A stretch of 64,000 bases of DNA from a virus (taxonomy: Duplodnaviria; Caudoviricetes). A program made the position numbers and the translations under genes. The notes below the pieces were generated by a model. That model was not told where the DNA came from and made no database searches. It was given only the letters and a program-made list of their open reading frames with translations. Every line of letters begins with the position of its first letter. Position 1 is the stretch's first letter. Location of the stretch: positions 1 to 64,000 of the IMG/VR virus record IMGVR_UViG_3300033073_000980; one strand, written 5' to 3'. Of the stretch, positions 7,203-16,243 are shown in pieces.

Positions 7203-7748
7203 CTAAAGCCAATTTCTTCTCAAAAAGTTTGTCCATTGCTTGATAGATAGATCATGAAGCTTCTCAAACATCTCATCCATATCTAGATTCCTGATAGAGA
7301 TTTCATCTGAACGCATAATTGATCCTCCATCTACTTCCTCAGTTACTCTGTGAATAACACAGCCGGAAGTCGGTAAGTCTAAATCCCAAGCCTTCTTCTG
7401 AGGATCTTTTCCTTTTAGCTCAGGGTACTTAGTTATCAAACCAGGATGTCCGTTGTACATGACTGGATACTCTTTAATGATCTCTGTAGGCATAATTCTC
7501 AACCATCCATGTAAACTAATTACGTAGTCCTTTCCGTAGATTGTTTCTGAAAGAACCTTCCTGTAATCTTCGACTAAAGGCTTGTTAGGAAGCATGATAA
7601 TGTTATGAGATAGAACATCTCTGTTGATTGTTCTGAGATGAGAAGGCCTTTCGTTTGTAATAATCAAATCAGGCCAACGACCAAGCTGCTTACTCAGTTC
7701 AGCAATCTCATTACCGGTCTGCGAGAAGAAAGTTACCCATTTAGCCAT
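7203..7748 (-). CDS. dpdN: PurN-like formyltransferase; likely dPreQ1 formyltransferase (DpdN-like)
   Basis: FSQTG loop, LHGWLRIMP, NGHPGL, GCVIHRVTEEVDGG formyltransferase motifs; sits between queF and the dpdA-like gene. Confidence 0.75.
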   Translation of the reverse strand: MAKWVTFFSQTGNEIAELSKQLGRWPDLIITNERPSHLRTINRDVLSHNIIMLPNKPLVEDYRKVLSETIYGKDYVISLHGWLRIMPTEIIKEYPVMYNGHPGLITKYPELKGKDPQKKAWDLDLPTSGCVIHRVTEEVDGGSIMRSDEISIRNLDMDEMFEKLHDLSIKQWTNFLRRNWL

Positions 7749-8532
7749 TCCACCATTTTTTAAATGTTTCGATATTCCAATTCAAAGCACCTTTATCAAC
7801 TGTAGAAGCTGGATGACTAATCAGCTCATAAAGCTTTTGAGATTCTTTAGTCATCAACCCGCTGCTAGGATACATAACTTCTTTAATAGCATGTACTACC
7901 GGGTTGGATGTATCCATTGAGTAGATCCAGTCATAACCTCTGTAGAACTGACCTTCTTGAGGTAATGCACAGCCGAGTAAGTGATGAGGCTTCTGCTTAT
8001 TAATAATGCCGTCTTTTTCTAATCTCCCTAGTAAAGCAACTCGGCCCAACATCCAACTTACAAGCTTGTTCGGATGAGGAACCAGCTCTTCATATAGAGA
8101 GTAGTCAAACGAGATAGCAATCATATCAACATCCAACTTACTATCTAGAGTCTGATAGCATTCAACAATCTCTTCATAGGTCTTTCCTTGAACTACTGCA
8201 ATGCTTTTTCCTTTAGCGGTTGGTCTATGAAACTGATTCCAAACATAAGCATTAAAGATTGTTCTCTTAGCATCTTCCAAAGCATCTGGAATGATATACC
8301 AGGTAGGTTCGAGCTTGTTATTCCATTCAAAGAACTTCTTCATATCAAAAGCTTCTCCTAATTCGAAGATTGAGTTATCCAAAATAACTTCTCGCTCTTT
8401 GCAAGCTTTTGTGAATAACTCTTTGTAAGTTTCATCTTCTTCAAGCAAATGCACCAAGCAATAATCATAATCAGTCTTTGACTGAACAAAGTAGAAAAGC
8501 CCGGTAGGTGATTCGTGTGCTATCTTGATCAT
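7741..8532 (-). CDS. dpdA: TGT-like DNA 7-deazaguanine transglycosylase (DpdA, plausibly DpdA3 type)
   Basis: ILDNS.FE, IIPD.L.D, AVVQG, HHLLG, SMDTS TGT-fold motifs; clustered with folE and queF. Confidence 0.78.
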   Translation of the reverse strand: MIKIAHESPTGLFYFVQSKTDYDYCLVHLLEEDETYKELFTKACKEREVILDNSIFELGEAFDMKKFFEWNNKLEPTWYIIPDALEDAKRTIFNAYVWNQFHRPTAKGKSIAVVQGKTYEEIVECYQTLDSKLDVDMIAISFDYSLYEELVPHPNKLVSWMLGRVALLGRLEKDGIINKQKPHHLLGCALPQEGQFYRGYDWIYSMDTSNPVVHAIKEVMYPSSGLMTKESQKLYELISHPASTVDKGALNWNIETFKKWWNG

Positions 8533-9209
8533 TACTTACAGCTATAACCTTTTACAAATTCGTAAAACTCTGCTCTTGCTGAATCTTCTTCTAAGAAGCA
8601 TCCTGAAAGCTTTGAGGTCTTCATAGAAGCTCCTGAATGCTTTACTCCTCGGCAAGATACGCAGTTATGAGTTGCTTCTACCATTACAGCTACTCCCTGG
8701 TTACCTTCACAAATCCTATTAACTGCATTATGTACTGCAACTGTATACTGTTCCTGAATTGTTCCTCGACGACCGAAGTATTCAACAATCCTATTCAGCT
8801 TTGACAAGCCAACAACCTTACCCTCTTTAGAAGGAATGTAACCGATATGAACTCGGCCTTGGATTGTTTGATGGTGATGCGAACACATAGAGGTAATAGG
8901 AATATTGCCTTCAAATACCATTCCGTCGTATCCGTCTGAAGGGAATGCAGTGATGTTGTCCATCATGTCATAACGTCCTTTCCACAAGTCAAATACGTAT
9001 GCTTTTGCTACCCTGCGAGGAGTATCAGAAGAGTTAGGATCATTCCTCCAATCGCAACCTAGTGCGTCTAAAAACTGACCGTAAGCTTCTGCTGCTTCAT
9101 CTACCATCTTCCATTTCTCTTTCTCGGTGAATGGATAACCGGGTGCCTTGCCGTTAGCAAAGCCTAAGCCTGCTAATTCAAGACCGTCTGAAAATTCTTT
9201 TAAATCCAT
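8532..9209 (-). CDS. folE: GTP cyclohydrolase I
   Basis: DTPRRVAK, SMCSHHHQ, GLSKLNRIV, QEQYT, HNCVSCRGV. Confidence 0.95.
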   Translation of the reverse strand: MDLKEFSDGLELAGLGFANGKAPGYPFTEKEKWKMVDEAAEAYGQFLDALGCDWRNDPNSSDTPRRVAKAYVFDLWKGRYDMMDNITAFPSDGYDGMVFEGNIPITSMCSHHHQTIQGRVHIGYIPSKEGKVVGLSKLNRIVEYFGRRGTIQEQYTVAVHNAVNRICEGNQGVAVMVEATHNCVSCRGVKHSGASMKTSKLSGCFLEEDSARAEFYEFVKGYSCK

Positions 9210-9245
9210 AAATATAATATACTAACTTTTGTCTTAATATGCAAC

Positions 9246-9572
9246 TTATAATCCAGCAACAGAAGTTCTTTCTGCCTCCACTCTTGTCTGTCCTTCACTG
9301 TAAATGATCTTTCCTTTCTCATGCTCATTAGGATTGTATCGGATATTAGTCTTATAATAGTACAAAGGACCTTCGTAATCGAAAGTCTCAGTCCCTAATT
9401 GCTTACCTAATTCAATCGCTTTTGGCCCAGTTATTCTTCTAGGTCCGTTGAATGATCTAAAATCGATATCTAATACACGATACCACTTACCGTTGTTCAT
9501 TTGAACTTCACACGCCCAAGCAGTATTAAAATCGAATACTAATTTACCAGTATTGCCTCTTTTTTCTCCCAT
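9246..9572 (-). CDS. hypothetical protein
   Basis: ORF; promoter motif 3 nt upstream of the ATG. Confidence 0.7.
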   Translation of the reverse strand: MGEKRGNTGKLVFDFNTAWACEVQMNNGKWYRVLDIDFRSFNGPRRITGPKAIELGKQLGTETFDYEGPLYYYKTNIRYNPNEHEKGKIIYSEGQTRVEAERTSVAGL

Positions 9573-9587
9573 GCCTAAATATACGAA

Positions 9588-9794
9588 TTAATCTGGAAGT
9601 AAGCCAGCTTTTTCTACTGCTGTCCAAACTCTAGTTTTCCATAGATTAATATCTACTCCTTCAATTTCTTTAGCACCGTTAATGGTCTCTTTTGAAAGCT
9701 GAACAATGCATAGATCAAACATTCTATCTGCCTGTGCTAAATTTCCTTGTTTTGCAAACTTTCTACCTAGTTTAAATTTTTCCTTTAATGTCAT
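9588..9794 (-). CDS. hypothetical protein
   Basis: Start reassigned to MTLKEK; promoter at 9808-9821. Confidence 0.6.
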   Translation of the reverse strand: MTLKEKFKLGRKFAKQGNLAQADRMFDLCIVQLSKETINGAKEIEGVDINLWKTRVWTAVEKAGLLPD

Positions 9795-9822
9795 AACTAC
9801 TACTTGTCTTAATATACAAACT

Positions 9823-10026
9823 TTAATTCGAATAAGCAACTGCTGTATGCTCTAATTCTTCTTTAGCTAATTGGTGATCCAAGGTCAGAAATAAACAAAG
9901 GTCTCGGAGCTGCTGGGGATAGTACAAAGCCATTTCCACCAGCAGTTCGTCCTCCATCGAGTCAAAGACCTGGCTGAAGTTTGGTACTTCTTCAGCAAGT
10001 TGTTGTTTCTTTTTACTCTTCTTCAT
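9823..10026 (-). CDS. hypothetical protein
   Basis: ORF in tightly packed operon. Confidence 0.6.
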   Translation of the reverse strand: MKKSKKKQQLAEEVPNFSQVFDSMEDELLVEMALYYPQQLRDLCLFLTLDHQLAKEELEHTAVAYSN

Positions 10027-10132
10027 CAGCTACATAAGTCTTTTTCATAACTGGTTTTGGTTTCCTTGCTTTCAAAGAATCCAACCATACTTTCAAAACG
10101 TGTAGCTTTTGTAAATTTGATGTCTTGCTCAT
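10013..10132 (-). CDS. 39-aa basic microprotein (MSKTSNLQKLHVLKVWLDSLKARKPKPVMKKTYVADEEE)
   Basis: Hand-translated; ATGA overlap with the SLT stop; fills the gap. Confidence 0.55.
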   Translation of the reverse strand: MSKTSNLQKLHVLKVWLDSLKARKPKPVMKKTYVADEEE

Positions 10133-10656
10133 AATTTAGTCCATTTATTTTTATAATCTTTATTCGATGTTGCGTACTGGGCGTAAGCGTTTCTGATAGG
10201 TTGACCGGAGTTATAAGCACCGCATGCTAATGTCCAGTCTCCATGAATTGAATACCACTTACGAAGCATCTGCATACTAATCTTAACATTCAGATCAATA
10301 TTAGTCTTCAATTCTTTCTCGTTGATGTGCCGTCTAACAAAAGGTCTAGCCCAACGGGTAATAATCTGCATCGGTCCAACTGCTCCTGCAAATGACTTCT
10401 GATAAGGATTATAATCAAAATCAAAAGGGCCTTGGTATCGAGTTTCTAGATAAGCAACATTGTAAGCAATATGCTTTGGAATGTCGAAACTATCACTCCA
10501 GTGCTCAATCGACTCATACATCTGGAGTGAGATAGTTCCGTTAGCTAAATCTAAACGCTCTTCGAAGTAATCCATCCGACGATCAATATTGAAGTACATT
10601 GCTCCAATAATTCCGAGGATGATAACCAAATACCAGTTTTTTAATTTAGCAAACAT
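10129..10656 (-). CDS. lytic transglycosylase (SLT domain) with N-terminal TM anchor
   Basis: Catalytic ..AYLETR.., GAVGPMQI, N.DLNVKI, WTLACGAYNSG. Confidence 0.85.
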   Translation of the reverse strand: MFAKLKNWYLVIILGIIGAMYFNIDRRMDYFEERLDLANGTISLQMYESIEHWSDSFDIPKHIAYNVAYLETRYQGPFDFDYNPYQKSFAGAVGPMQIITRWARPFVRRHINEKELKTNIDLNVKISMQMLRKWYSIHGDWTLACGAYNSGQPIRNAYAQYATSNKDYKNKWTKL

Positions 10657-10664
10657 AATTAGTC

Positions 10665-10982
10665 TTATTTAGTTACTACAGGGGCAGCAATCTTAGAAGC
10701 ATACATCTTAAAGATGATTCGACCTACTGAGTCACTATAAATAGTATAGCTTCCAGTCTTGCGATCCATCATTATTAATTTGTCTTCTGAATCGATTGCA
10801 ATTCGAACTTCCTTATTGAGGATAGTTTCGTTAACTGCTTTTGGCTTCATCTTCAATTCATTGAAGTAGTAGCCCAAACCAAAGCCGGCAATCAAAGTTG
10901 CTGCAACGATGGTGATGTTCATGAATCGGTTGAAGGTAGTCTTCAACTTTGCTTTTTGTTCTGGTGTGATTAGGTTTTTCAT
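10665..10982 (-). CDS. single-pass membrane hypothetical protein
   Basis: TM helix ITIVAATLIAGFGLGYYF. Confidence 0.7.
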   Translation of the reverse strand: MKNLITPEQKAKLKTTFNRFMNITIVAATLIAGFGLGYYFNELKMKPKAVNETILNKEVRIAIDSEDKLIMMDRKTGSYTIYSDSVGRIIFKMYASKIAAPVVTK

Positions 10983-10988
10983 AACTTA

Positions 10989-11285
10989 TTATTTTTCTTT
11001 TAGGTATTTTATTGCATTTACAACTTCCTGGCAAAGCTCATATACTTCGTTCTCTACTAGGATTTCTAAATTCTTCTCTAAAGTTACGATAAATTCTTCA
11101 GGATTGCAAGTCAAATCATAAAATTCATCTTCTTCTTCCATCTCTACTGAGATGATATACACATTTTTTTTAGTAGCATCTAAATTTGCCAGTATTGCAT
11201 TGCATATAATAGCTGCAAGGTTAGCATCTCGTTGTTTAACTTTCTCTATGAAGTCAGCCTCTGATTTAACTCTATAGGTTCTCAT
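10989..11285 (-). CDS. hypothetical protein
   Basis: ORF. Confidence 0.65.
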   Translation of the reverse strand: MRTYRVKSEADFIEKVKQRDANLAAIICNAILANLDATKKNVYIISVEMEEEDEFYDLTCNPEEFIVTLEKNLEILVENEVYELCQEVVNAIKYLKEK

Positions 11286-11286
11286 A

Positions 11287-11442
11287 TTAGAAAAGATCTA
11301 GAGGGTTTCTTTTAAGTTTGTAGCCTTTCATCTTAGTTGCTTTCTCATCTGCTTTTAAAAGGTCAGTTGCCATTCTCTCAAGATGTTTCTTTTTTTCCCG
11401 TTCCTTGTTTTCAAGGATCTTTTCATGCTTTGTCTTTTTCAT
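11287..11442 (-). CDS. 51-aa K/E-rich microprotein (MKKTKHEKILENKEREKKKH...)
   Basis: Hand-translated; ATGA overlap with the upstream gene; fills the gap. Confidence 0.55.
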   Translation of the reverse strand: MKKTKHEKILENKEREKKKHLERMATDLLKADEKATKMKGYKLKRNPLDLF

Positions 11443-12071
11443 AAGCGGCTAATAAAATCATCCTCCTCAGGCTCTTGATCGACTAATCCTAATTCTTTTA
11501 ATCTCTGGAGTTGGTATTCGTCAAGTTCCCAATCAGGCTCTTCTTGCTTATAAATAGTTACGTGATCTTCAAGTCCTTGAATTTGCCTGTTATCAAACAC
11601 ATCACCTACTGTTAGGAAAAAGCAATTGTAGCAAAGCAATTCTAGATTTTCTATCCTGTAATTTTTTTTATTTTTGTCTTTGAAATTCATAATCAAAGGC
11701 ATTTTGTAATCAAGAACTCTCCTCTCTTGCATATGGCAAACACAACACTCCTCTAATAAGTAGCCTTCTGTTATCAACCTATCTTTGATCTTCTGAGGGG
11801 TGAATGAATGAGGTGATGCAAGACCTTCTGTAATATCTTTCAGCGATGGTTCATCTGACCTACCTACTAGAAATTTTGGAATACCTGCTCCGGATTGATT
11901 CTTATGCTTCTCCCAAAGACTTAAACCTGTTGCTTCGTCCTTATATTCTTTAGCGTATTTTTTATAATGAACAAAAGATACTGAAAGGTACCTAGCTGCT
12001 GCTCGGTTAGATCTAGTTCGGCTCATCGCCGACAATATCATATCTTTAGAAAGAAACTTAGTCTTGGTCAT
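11439..12071 (-). CDS. HTH-like plus degenerate HNH/Zn-finger protein
   Basis: SNRAAARYLSVSF helix pair; CCVC...NFKDKNKKNYRIENLELLCYNC resembles HNH but lacks the catalytic His. Confidence 0.6.
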   Translation of the reverse strand: MTKTKFLSKDMILSAMSRTRSNRAAARYLSVSFVHYKKYAKEYKDEATGLSLWEKHKNQSGAGIPKFLVGRSDEPSLKDITEGLASPHSFTPQKIKDRLITEGYLLEECCVCHMQERRVLDYKMPLIMNFKDKNKKNYRIENLELLCYNCFFLTVGDVFDNRQIQGLEDHVTIYKQEEPDWELDEYQLQRLKELGLVDQEPEEDDFISRL

Positions 12072-12315
12072 TATTTCCAGGTTCATCATCCCGGAAGCCG
12101 GAAGATGTTTTTACGTCTTTACCGAAGATGTCTACATAAACTTCATGGTCCATAATAACTATATCGTTATAAGTATCTTCTCCTTCTCCTTTAGTAACAG
12201 TTACTGCTCTTTTCATTTTAGAGGAAGAACATTTCACACACGTGGTAGCTCCTGGTAATGCTTTTAAACGCCCTGCTGGGATCTCTTCTTTACATTTAGT
12301 ACATAAAACTGTCAT
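12058..12315 (-). CDS. DksA/TraR-type C4 zinc-finger protein
   Basis: CTKCKEEIPAGRLKALPGATTCVKC. Confidence 0.85.
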   Translation of the reverse strand: MTVLCTKCKEEIPAGRLKALPGATTCVKCSSSKMKRAVTVTKGEGEDTYNDIVIMDHEVYVDIFGKDVKTSSGFRDDEPGNNDQD

Positions 12316-12370
12316 AACTTACTTTTTTAATTATTACTTAAATATATGAAAATCTTTTGAATAAATCAAC

Positions 12371-12769
12371 TTAAAGGTCGAATTTGTATACTATAAGTTC
12401 ATATAAATCTCCCGGTGTCTTGAAAAAGTACTCTGTTCCATCTTCATCCTCCCAGGCAATAATTTCTCCTGCTGCGTTCTTTCTTTCGTAAACATACCAC
12501 CATACAATACTTGCAACCTCTTCATTAAAGGTAAACTGTAAGATTTCTTCCATCATAGTCCAGTATGGAGAAACAATAGTAGAAGTATCAATACCTGTAG
12601 TAGTGAAAATTTTATGTTCGTGAGCAACTAATTTTTCTAGATGAGTAATCATCTTAGTAAATAGTTTCTTCTCTTCTTCTAATCCAGAATCTTCTACTAT
12701 ATCAACAACTTTAAACCTAACCCCAAGAGCTTTTTCTAAAGTCTTTTTTATATTTTCAAAACCTTCCAT
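12371..12769 (-). CDS. hypothetical protein
   Basis: ORF. Confidence 0.7.
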   Translation of the reverse strand: MEGFENIKKTLEKALGVRFKVVDIVEDSGLEEEKKLFTKMITHLEKLVAHEHKIFTTTGIDTSTIVSPYWTMMEEILQFTFNEEVASIVWWYVYERKNAAGEIIAWEDEDGTEYFFKTPGDLYELIVYKFDL

Positions 12770-12773
12770 AAAA

Positions 12774-12935
12774 TTATAACACTATTGTTGTTATTTCAAA
12801 AAGAGATAAAAATGTCTCTATATCTAACCCTTTTAATGCTGCAAAGAACATAGCTGCATCTTTAGAGTTTTGGAATACTCCGGAATTAATAATTTCTCTC
12901 GTTGAGTCGTTTTTGCTGTAAAATCCAAATCTCAT
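12774..12935 (-). CDS. 53-aa hypothetical protein (MRFGFYSKNDSTREII...)
   Basis: Hand-translated; ATGA overlap; fills the gap. Confidence 0.55.
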   Translation of the reverse strand: MRFGFYSKNDSTREIINSGVFQNSKDAAMFFAALKGLDIETFLSLFEITTIVL

Positions 12936-13249
12936 ATTTTTTCAATTATTGTTTTAATCTCTACACACTTTAGGTAATCCTCTTCCTCTTGATAAATAGT
13001 TAGGATAGTATTTAGTAATTTCTTGAACTCTTTCCGCACCAGGCAGAGATCTAATCCGTAGTAAACCATTCTGAATAATACTAGTTCTTCTTTGTGGTTA
13101 ATAACAGCATCAGCAACTCTATCGTACACTCTTGTTTTTAATATTTCTTTAAACTCCGGAGTTCTAAGAGTTTCTAAGAAGCTTTGTTCTATATCTTCTT
13201 CGTCCTCAAAATAGACTTCGAGGTATATCGGTTCATCTAATTTGTTCAT
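12932..13249 (-). CDS. hypothetical protein, UVR-like C-terminal helix pair
   Basis: EEEDYLKCVEIK motif. Confidence 0.6.
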   Translation of the reverse strand: MNKLDEPIYLEVYFEDEEDIEQSFLETLRTPEFKEILKTRVYDRVADAVINHKEELVLFRMVYYGLDLCLVRKEFKKLLNTILTIYQEEEDYLKCVEIKTIIEKI

Positions 13250-14013
13250 AGTAGTTTTGAATTATTAATTGGATTATGTTTTGCATACTGTCCCCACTTA
13301 TACCTAAAGTATTCGTGACAGGCTTGTTCTTTAACTGCTTTGTTTTGTTTTTCTTCTGGTGTAGCTTCTGTTCCAACCGAAACAAAATGGTAGAAGTTGC
13401 ATTTGTAGCTTCTAATCATTTTCATTCCTGATAGTTCACATTTGAGAAAGAATTCCCAATCCACTACCCAAGCACCTGGGTAAGATTCATCCCAACCACC
13501 TACTCGTAAATAGTCTACCTTTGACATAAAGATTGGTAATGTTGATCCTGTCTCCTCTACTTTATCTTCAAGGACAGAGCACTCATAATCCCAGAATGCC
13601 TGTAGGTCAAATGTTTTAGGATCTCTTCCTAAGTTCTTAATGTAGAACTGTCTAAACATAGAAGGGATAGGTTCTATCTGGTTTGGAGCTACTACAGAGT
13701 TTGGTTGATAACTTTCAGCTAATTTAAGATCCCAGTTGCAGGGAAAGACATTATCATCATTTACAATCAGAATCTTATTGAATTCAGCATTGTATACTCC
13801 TAAGTTAGTTGCACGGCAAAGTCCAACGTTCTCTTCTAAATTTAGAATCTCAATAGAGTCTTTATACTTGTCAAGAACCTCTTTATTAACCTCGTAGAAC
13901 CCATCTACCACTACTATAATTTGATTGTTACAGGCTTGACCTTCGATTGCTGATCTTAAGCAAACATCAAGCACTTCAGGTTCTTTGTATGTAGGAATAA
14001 TTACTGAGATCAT
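13246..14013 (-). CDS. family 2 glycosyltransferase
   Basis: ISVIIPTY, IIVVVDG, N.GLCRATNLG, VNDD, VGGWDESY...DWEF. Confidence 0.9.
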   Translation of the reverse strand: MISVIIPTYKEPEVLDVCLRSAIEGQACNNQIIVVVDGFYEVNKEVLDKYKDSIEILNLEENVGLCRATNLGVYNAEFNKILIVNDDNVFPCNWDLKLAESYQPNSVVAPNQIEPIPSMFRQFYIKNLGRDPKTFDLQAFWDYECSVLEDKVEETGSTLPIFMSKVDYLRVGGWDESYPGAWVVDWEFFLKCELSGMKMIRSYKCNFYHFVSVGTEATPEEKQNKAVKEQACHEYFRYKWGQYAKHNPINNSKLL

Positions 14014-14660
14014 TTGGTTGTCTTTTTAGGGAGTAGTAGGTACTGGTTAGTATCTCCGTGGATATACCCTATTCCGTTCAAGTGTATCAGTTCATAGTTT
14101 AAACTCTGTATAAAGGTATACAATTCTTCCTTGTCACATAGATCCCAATGGTGTTCTAGGTAGATAGCTGGTTTGTTAGCTTTTATAGTCTCCACAGCTC
14201 CTTTAAGCATCAAAAGCTCTGCTCCTTCAATATCAACTTTTATCAGCGAAAGACCTTTTAAATTAAAGGAATCTAATGTACGTACAGGTACTGGTATGTG
14301 ATCAACATCTGCCTGTAGTCGATAGACCGGACTACCTCCTTCCATAACTCTCAAATGCCCTTCACCATTGTAATCAGCAATAGCATACTCATACACTTCA
14401 GCTTGTAAACTATTCAGCTGTAGATTTTCCTTTAATATTTCTGCATTACCCGAATGTGCTTCAAAGCAGATAATACCTGTATTGTTAAAATTGTCATTTA
14501 GGATCAAAGTCATTGTTCCATAATGTGCTCCAATATCTACTATCTTACCTTTTTTAATAGTATGTGTTTTTATAATATCGATATAGGAATCAAAAACATC
14601 TCCCTGGTCTTGGTTATGTTTGAATGGGTAGGGTTTACCTTGTAAATTTATTTCTGTCAT
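14010..14660 (-). CDS. FkbM-family methyltransferase
   Basis: VDIGAHYG, CFEA, IKVDIEGAEL.MLKGA. Confidence 0.9.
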   Translation of the reverse strand: MTEINLQGKPYPFKHNQDQGDVFDSYIDIIKTHTIKKGKIVDIGAHYGTMTLILNDNFNNTGIICFEAHSGNAEILKENLQLNSLQAEVYEYAIADYNGEGHLRVMEGGSPVYRLQADVDHIPVPVRTLDSFNLKGLSLIKVDIEGAELLMLKGAVETIKANKPAIYLEHHWDLCDKEELYTFIQSLNYELIHLNGIGYIHGDTNQYLLLPKKTTK

Positions 14661-15352
14661 ATTATACTCCAATCTGTTAAGGGTGATAACCAAGCTGTCT
14701 CTCCGTGAGTTGAATATCCTGGAATAGAAGTTATTAGTAATTCTCCTTGTTCTCTCAAATCTAAGAACATTTTAAAGTCTTCTGGGTAGCTTCCTTGAGT
14801 ATATTTTCGAAGGGTTGGTTCTGTTTTTTTCAAAGTCTCTACTGTGGCTGCAAATGTCATTGTTGTTGAGTTAGTTATCTTCCAGTGGGTTGATTTTGTT
14901 AAGTAGACTCTAGTATCTTCTGCTCCTCCTTCGCAGTATGGATTTCCTCCTTGGCTTGGAGGAAGGTACTTATCAGGATGGTCGTATAAAGATACAAAAG
15001 AAGCTCCTAATTCCAAACCTTCTAAAATAATTTTATCTGAATTTGGTTTATGTAGGTAATCATTTTCTAAAAAGTAAATAACTTGATCGTCCGCTCCTTC
15101 TAAAGCTTCATTTAAAGCTAAGTTGAAAGTTCCAGCACCATGGCCAACAGAGACATACTCAATATAATTTCTAGGAATATGTTTCTGAATCATGTCATTA
15201 GTCTCTTCTGAGATGTTATCTGCCAAGATTGTCCAATCGTGATCAAACCAAGGGAAGGTTTGAATAGCATTCTTTAGACAAGCTTCGTTATTTATGTAGA
15301 CCGGTTTAACCTTATTATAACCTGAGTCGGATATTCTATAGATTATTTTCAT
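14657..15352 (-). CDS. GT-A fold glycosyltransferase-like protein
   Basis: ILADN, TFNLAL, IYFLENDYLH; position in the glycan island. Confidence 0.65.
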   Translation of the reverse strand: MKIIYRISDSGYNKVKPVYINNEACLKNAIQTFPWFDHDWTILADNISEETNDMIQKHIPRNYIEYVSVGHGAGTFNLALNEALEGADDQVIYFLENDYLHKPNSDKIILEGLELGASFVSLYDHPDKYLPPSQGGNPYCEGGAEDTRVYLTKSTHWKITNSTTMTFAATVETLKKTEPTLRKYTQGSYPEDFKMFLDLREQGELLITSIPGYSTHGETAWLSPLTDWSII

Positions 15353-15355
15353 ACT

Positions 15356-16243
15356 CTAAGATAGTACTTTTATTATGTGGTTTGCAACTTCTTTATCAGT
15401 TAAGTATGGATCTAATACTACATGGGGATCTCCAAAATACTCTCTAGGTCCTAATCTGGGTTGCTTAATTTTTTTCAATACCCCATTCCATCCATACAGC
15501 TGTAAATTAAAATCACCTGTGATGACCGTCTTAGTTCCTACTCCTGCAGCAATCGTAGCTAACCCTCCATCAGTTCCTACAAAGGCATCGCAGTATTTCA
15601 TCACAGATGCTTCAAACAAAAGTGACTTTTGATCATCATCAGGTAGGTGAATAGTTTGCTGTTGATTTGCATCACCGACTCCGATTGGATATAAAGTAAA
15701 ATGCTTCTGCAATTCATCTACGATGTACTGAATATCTCTATGTGCTCCTCCGTATCCTAAATTAGGAACATCAATACCTGCTTCATATTGCTCAGGAGTG
15801 AATAGGTAAGTCTTTGGTTGCCAATTAGTCATCAAAGCAATAACCGGTTTATTATAAGTTACTTTAAGTTCTTCAACCACTTGTTCAGCAACTGCATCAT
15901 ATTCAGGTGTCGTATAGATTTTATACTCTGAAGATACTTTCTCCAATCCGGCTTGTTGTTGATACTGCTCACAAGGAGTAACTTGGTAGTCTAAAGATCC
16001 TAACTCAATAACCTTCCCATATTTACTTGTATCTACAGAGCAGTAAGGTTTAGGACCTGGATACTCAGATACAAATACATTATCAATACTTGGATTGTTT
16101 TGGACCAATTGAGCTACTTGTGGAAAACCAATTAAGTAATCTACTGTTGAGTATTCTTTCTTTAACTTCTCAGCTAGAGATGTTGCAAAGATAATATCTC
16201 CAAAGAAGCCAAAAGTAATTACTAAACAGTTAGTATTGCTCAT
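15356..16243 (-). CDS. GT9 / heptosyltransferase-like glycosyltransferase
   Basis: FGDIIFATSLAEKLKK...VDYL; CDAFVGTDGGLATIAAGVG. Confidence 0.75.
   Translation of the reverse strand: MSNTNCLVITFGFFGDIIFATSLAEKLKKEYSTVDYLIGFPQVAQLVQNNPSIDNVFVSEYPGPKPYCSVDTSKYGKVIELGSLDYQVTPCEQYQQQAGLEKVSSEYKIYTTPEYDAVAEQVVEELKVTYNKPVIALMTNWQPKTYLFTPEQYEAGIDVPNLGYGGAHRDIQYIVDELQKHFTLYPIGVGDANQQQTIHLPDDDQKSLLFEASVMKYCDAFVGTDGGLATIAAGVGTKTVITGDFNLQLYGWNGVLKKIKQPRLGPREYFGDPHVVLDPYLTDKEVANHIIKVLS

Noticed and set aside
7203-7748. purN as a purine-biosynthesis auxiliary metabolic gene
   Set aside because: No other pur genes are present, and its position between dpdA and queF fits a preQ1 formyltransferase better.
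5723-8532. tRNA queuosine pathway or archaeosine (QueF-L) pathway
   Set aside because: No queA, queG or queH and no tRNAs in the window. The TGT is short and DpdA-like, and QueF has the NADPH-binding ESKSxKLY motif of the reductase.
10026-10220. Track ORF 10026-10220
   Set aside because: It overlaps the SLT gene. The alternative 10013-10132 frame with an ATGA overlap fits the gap better.
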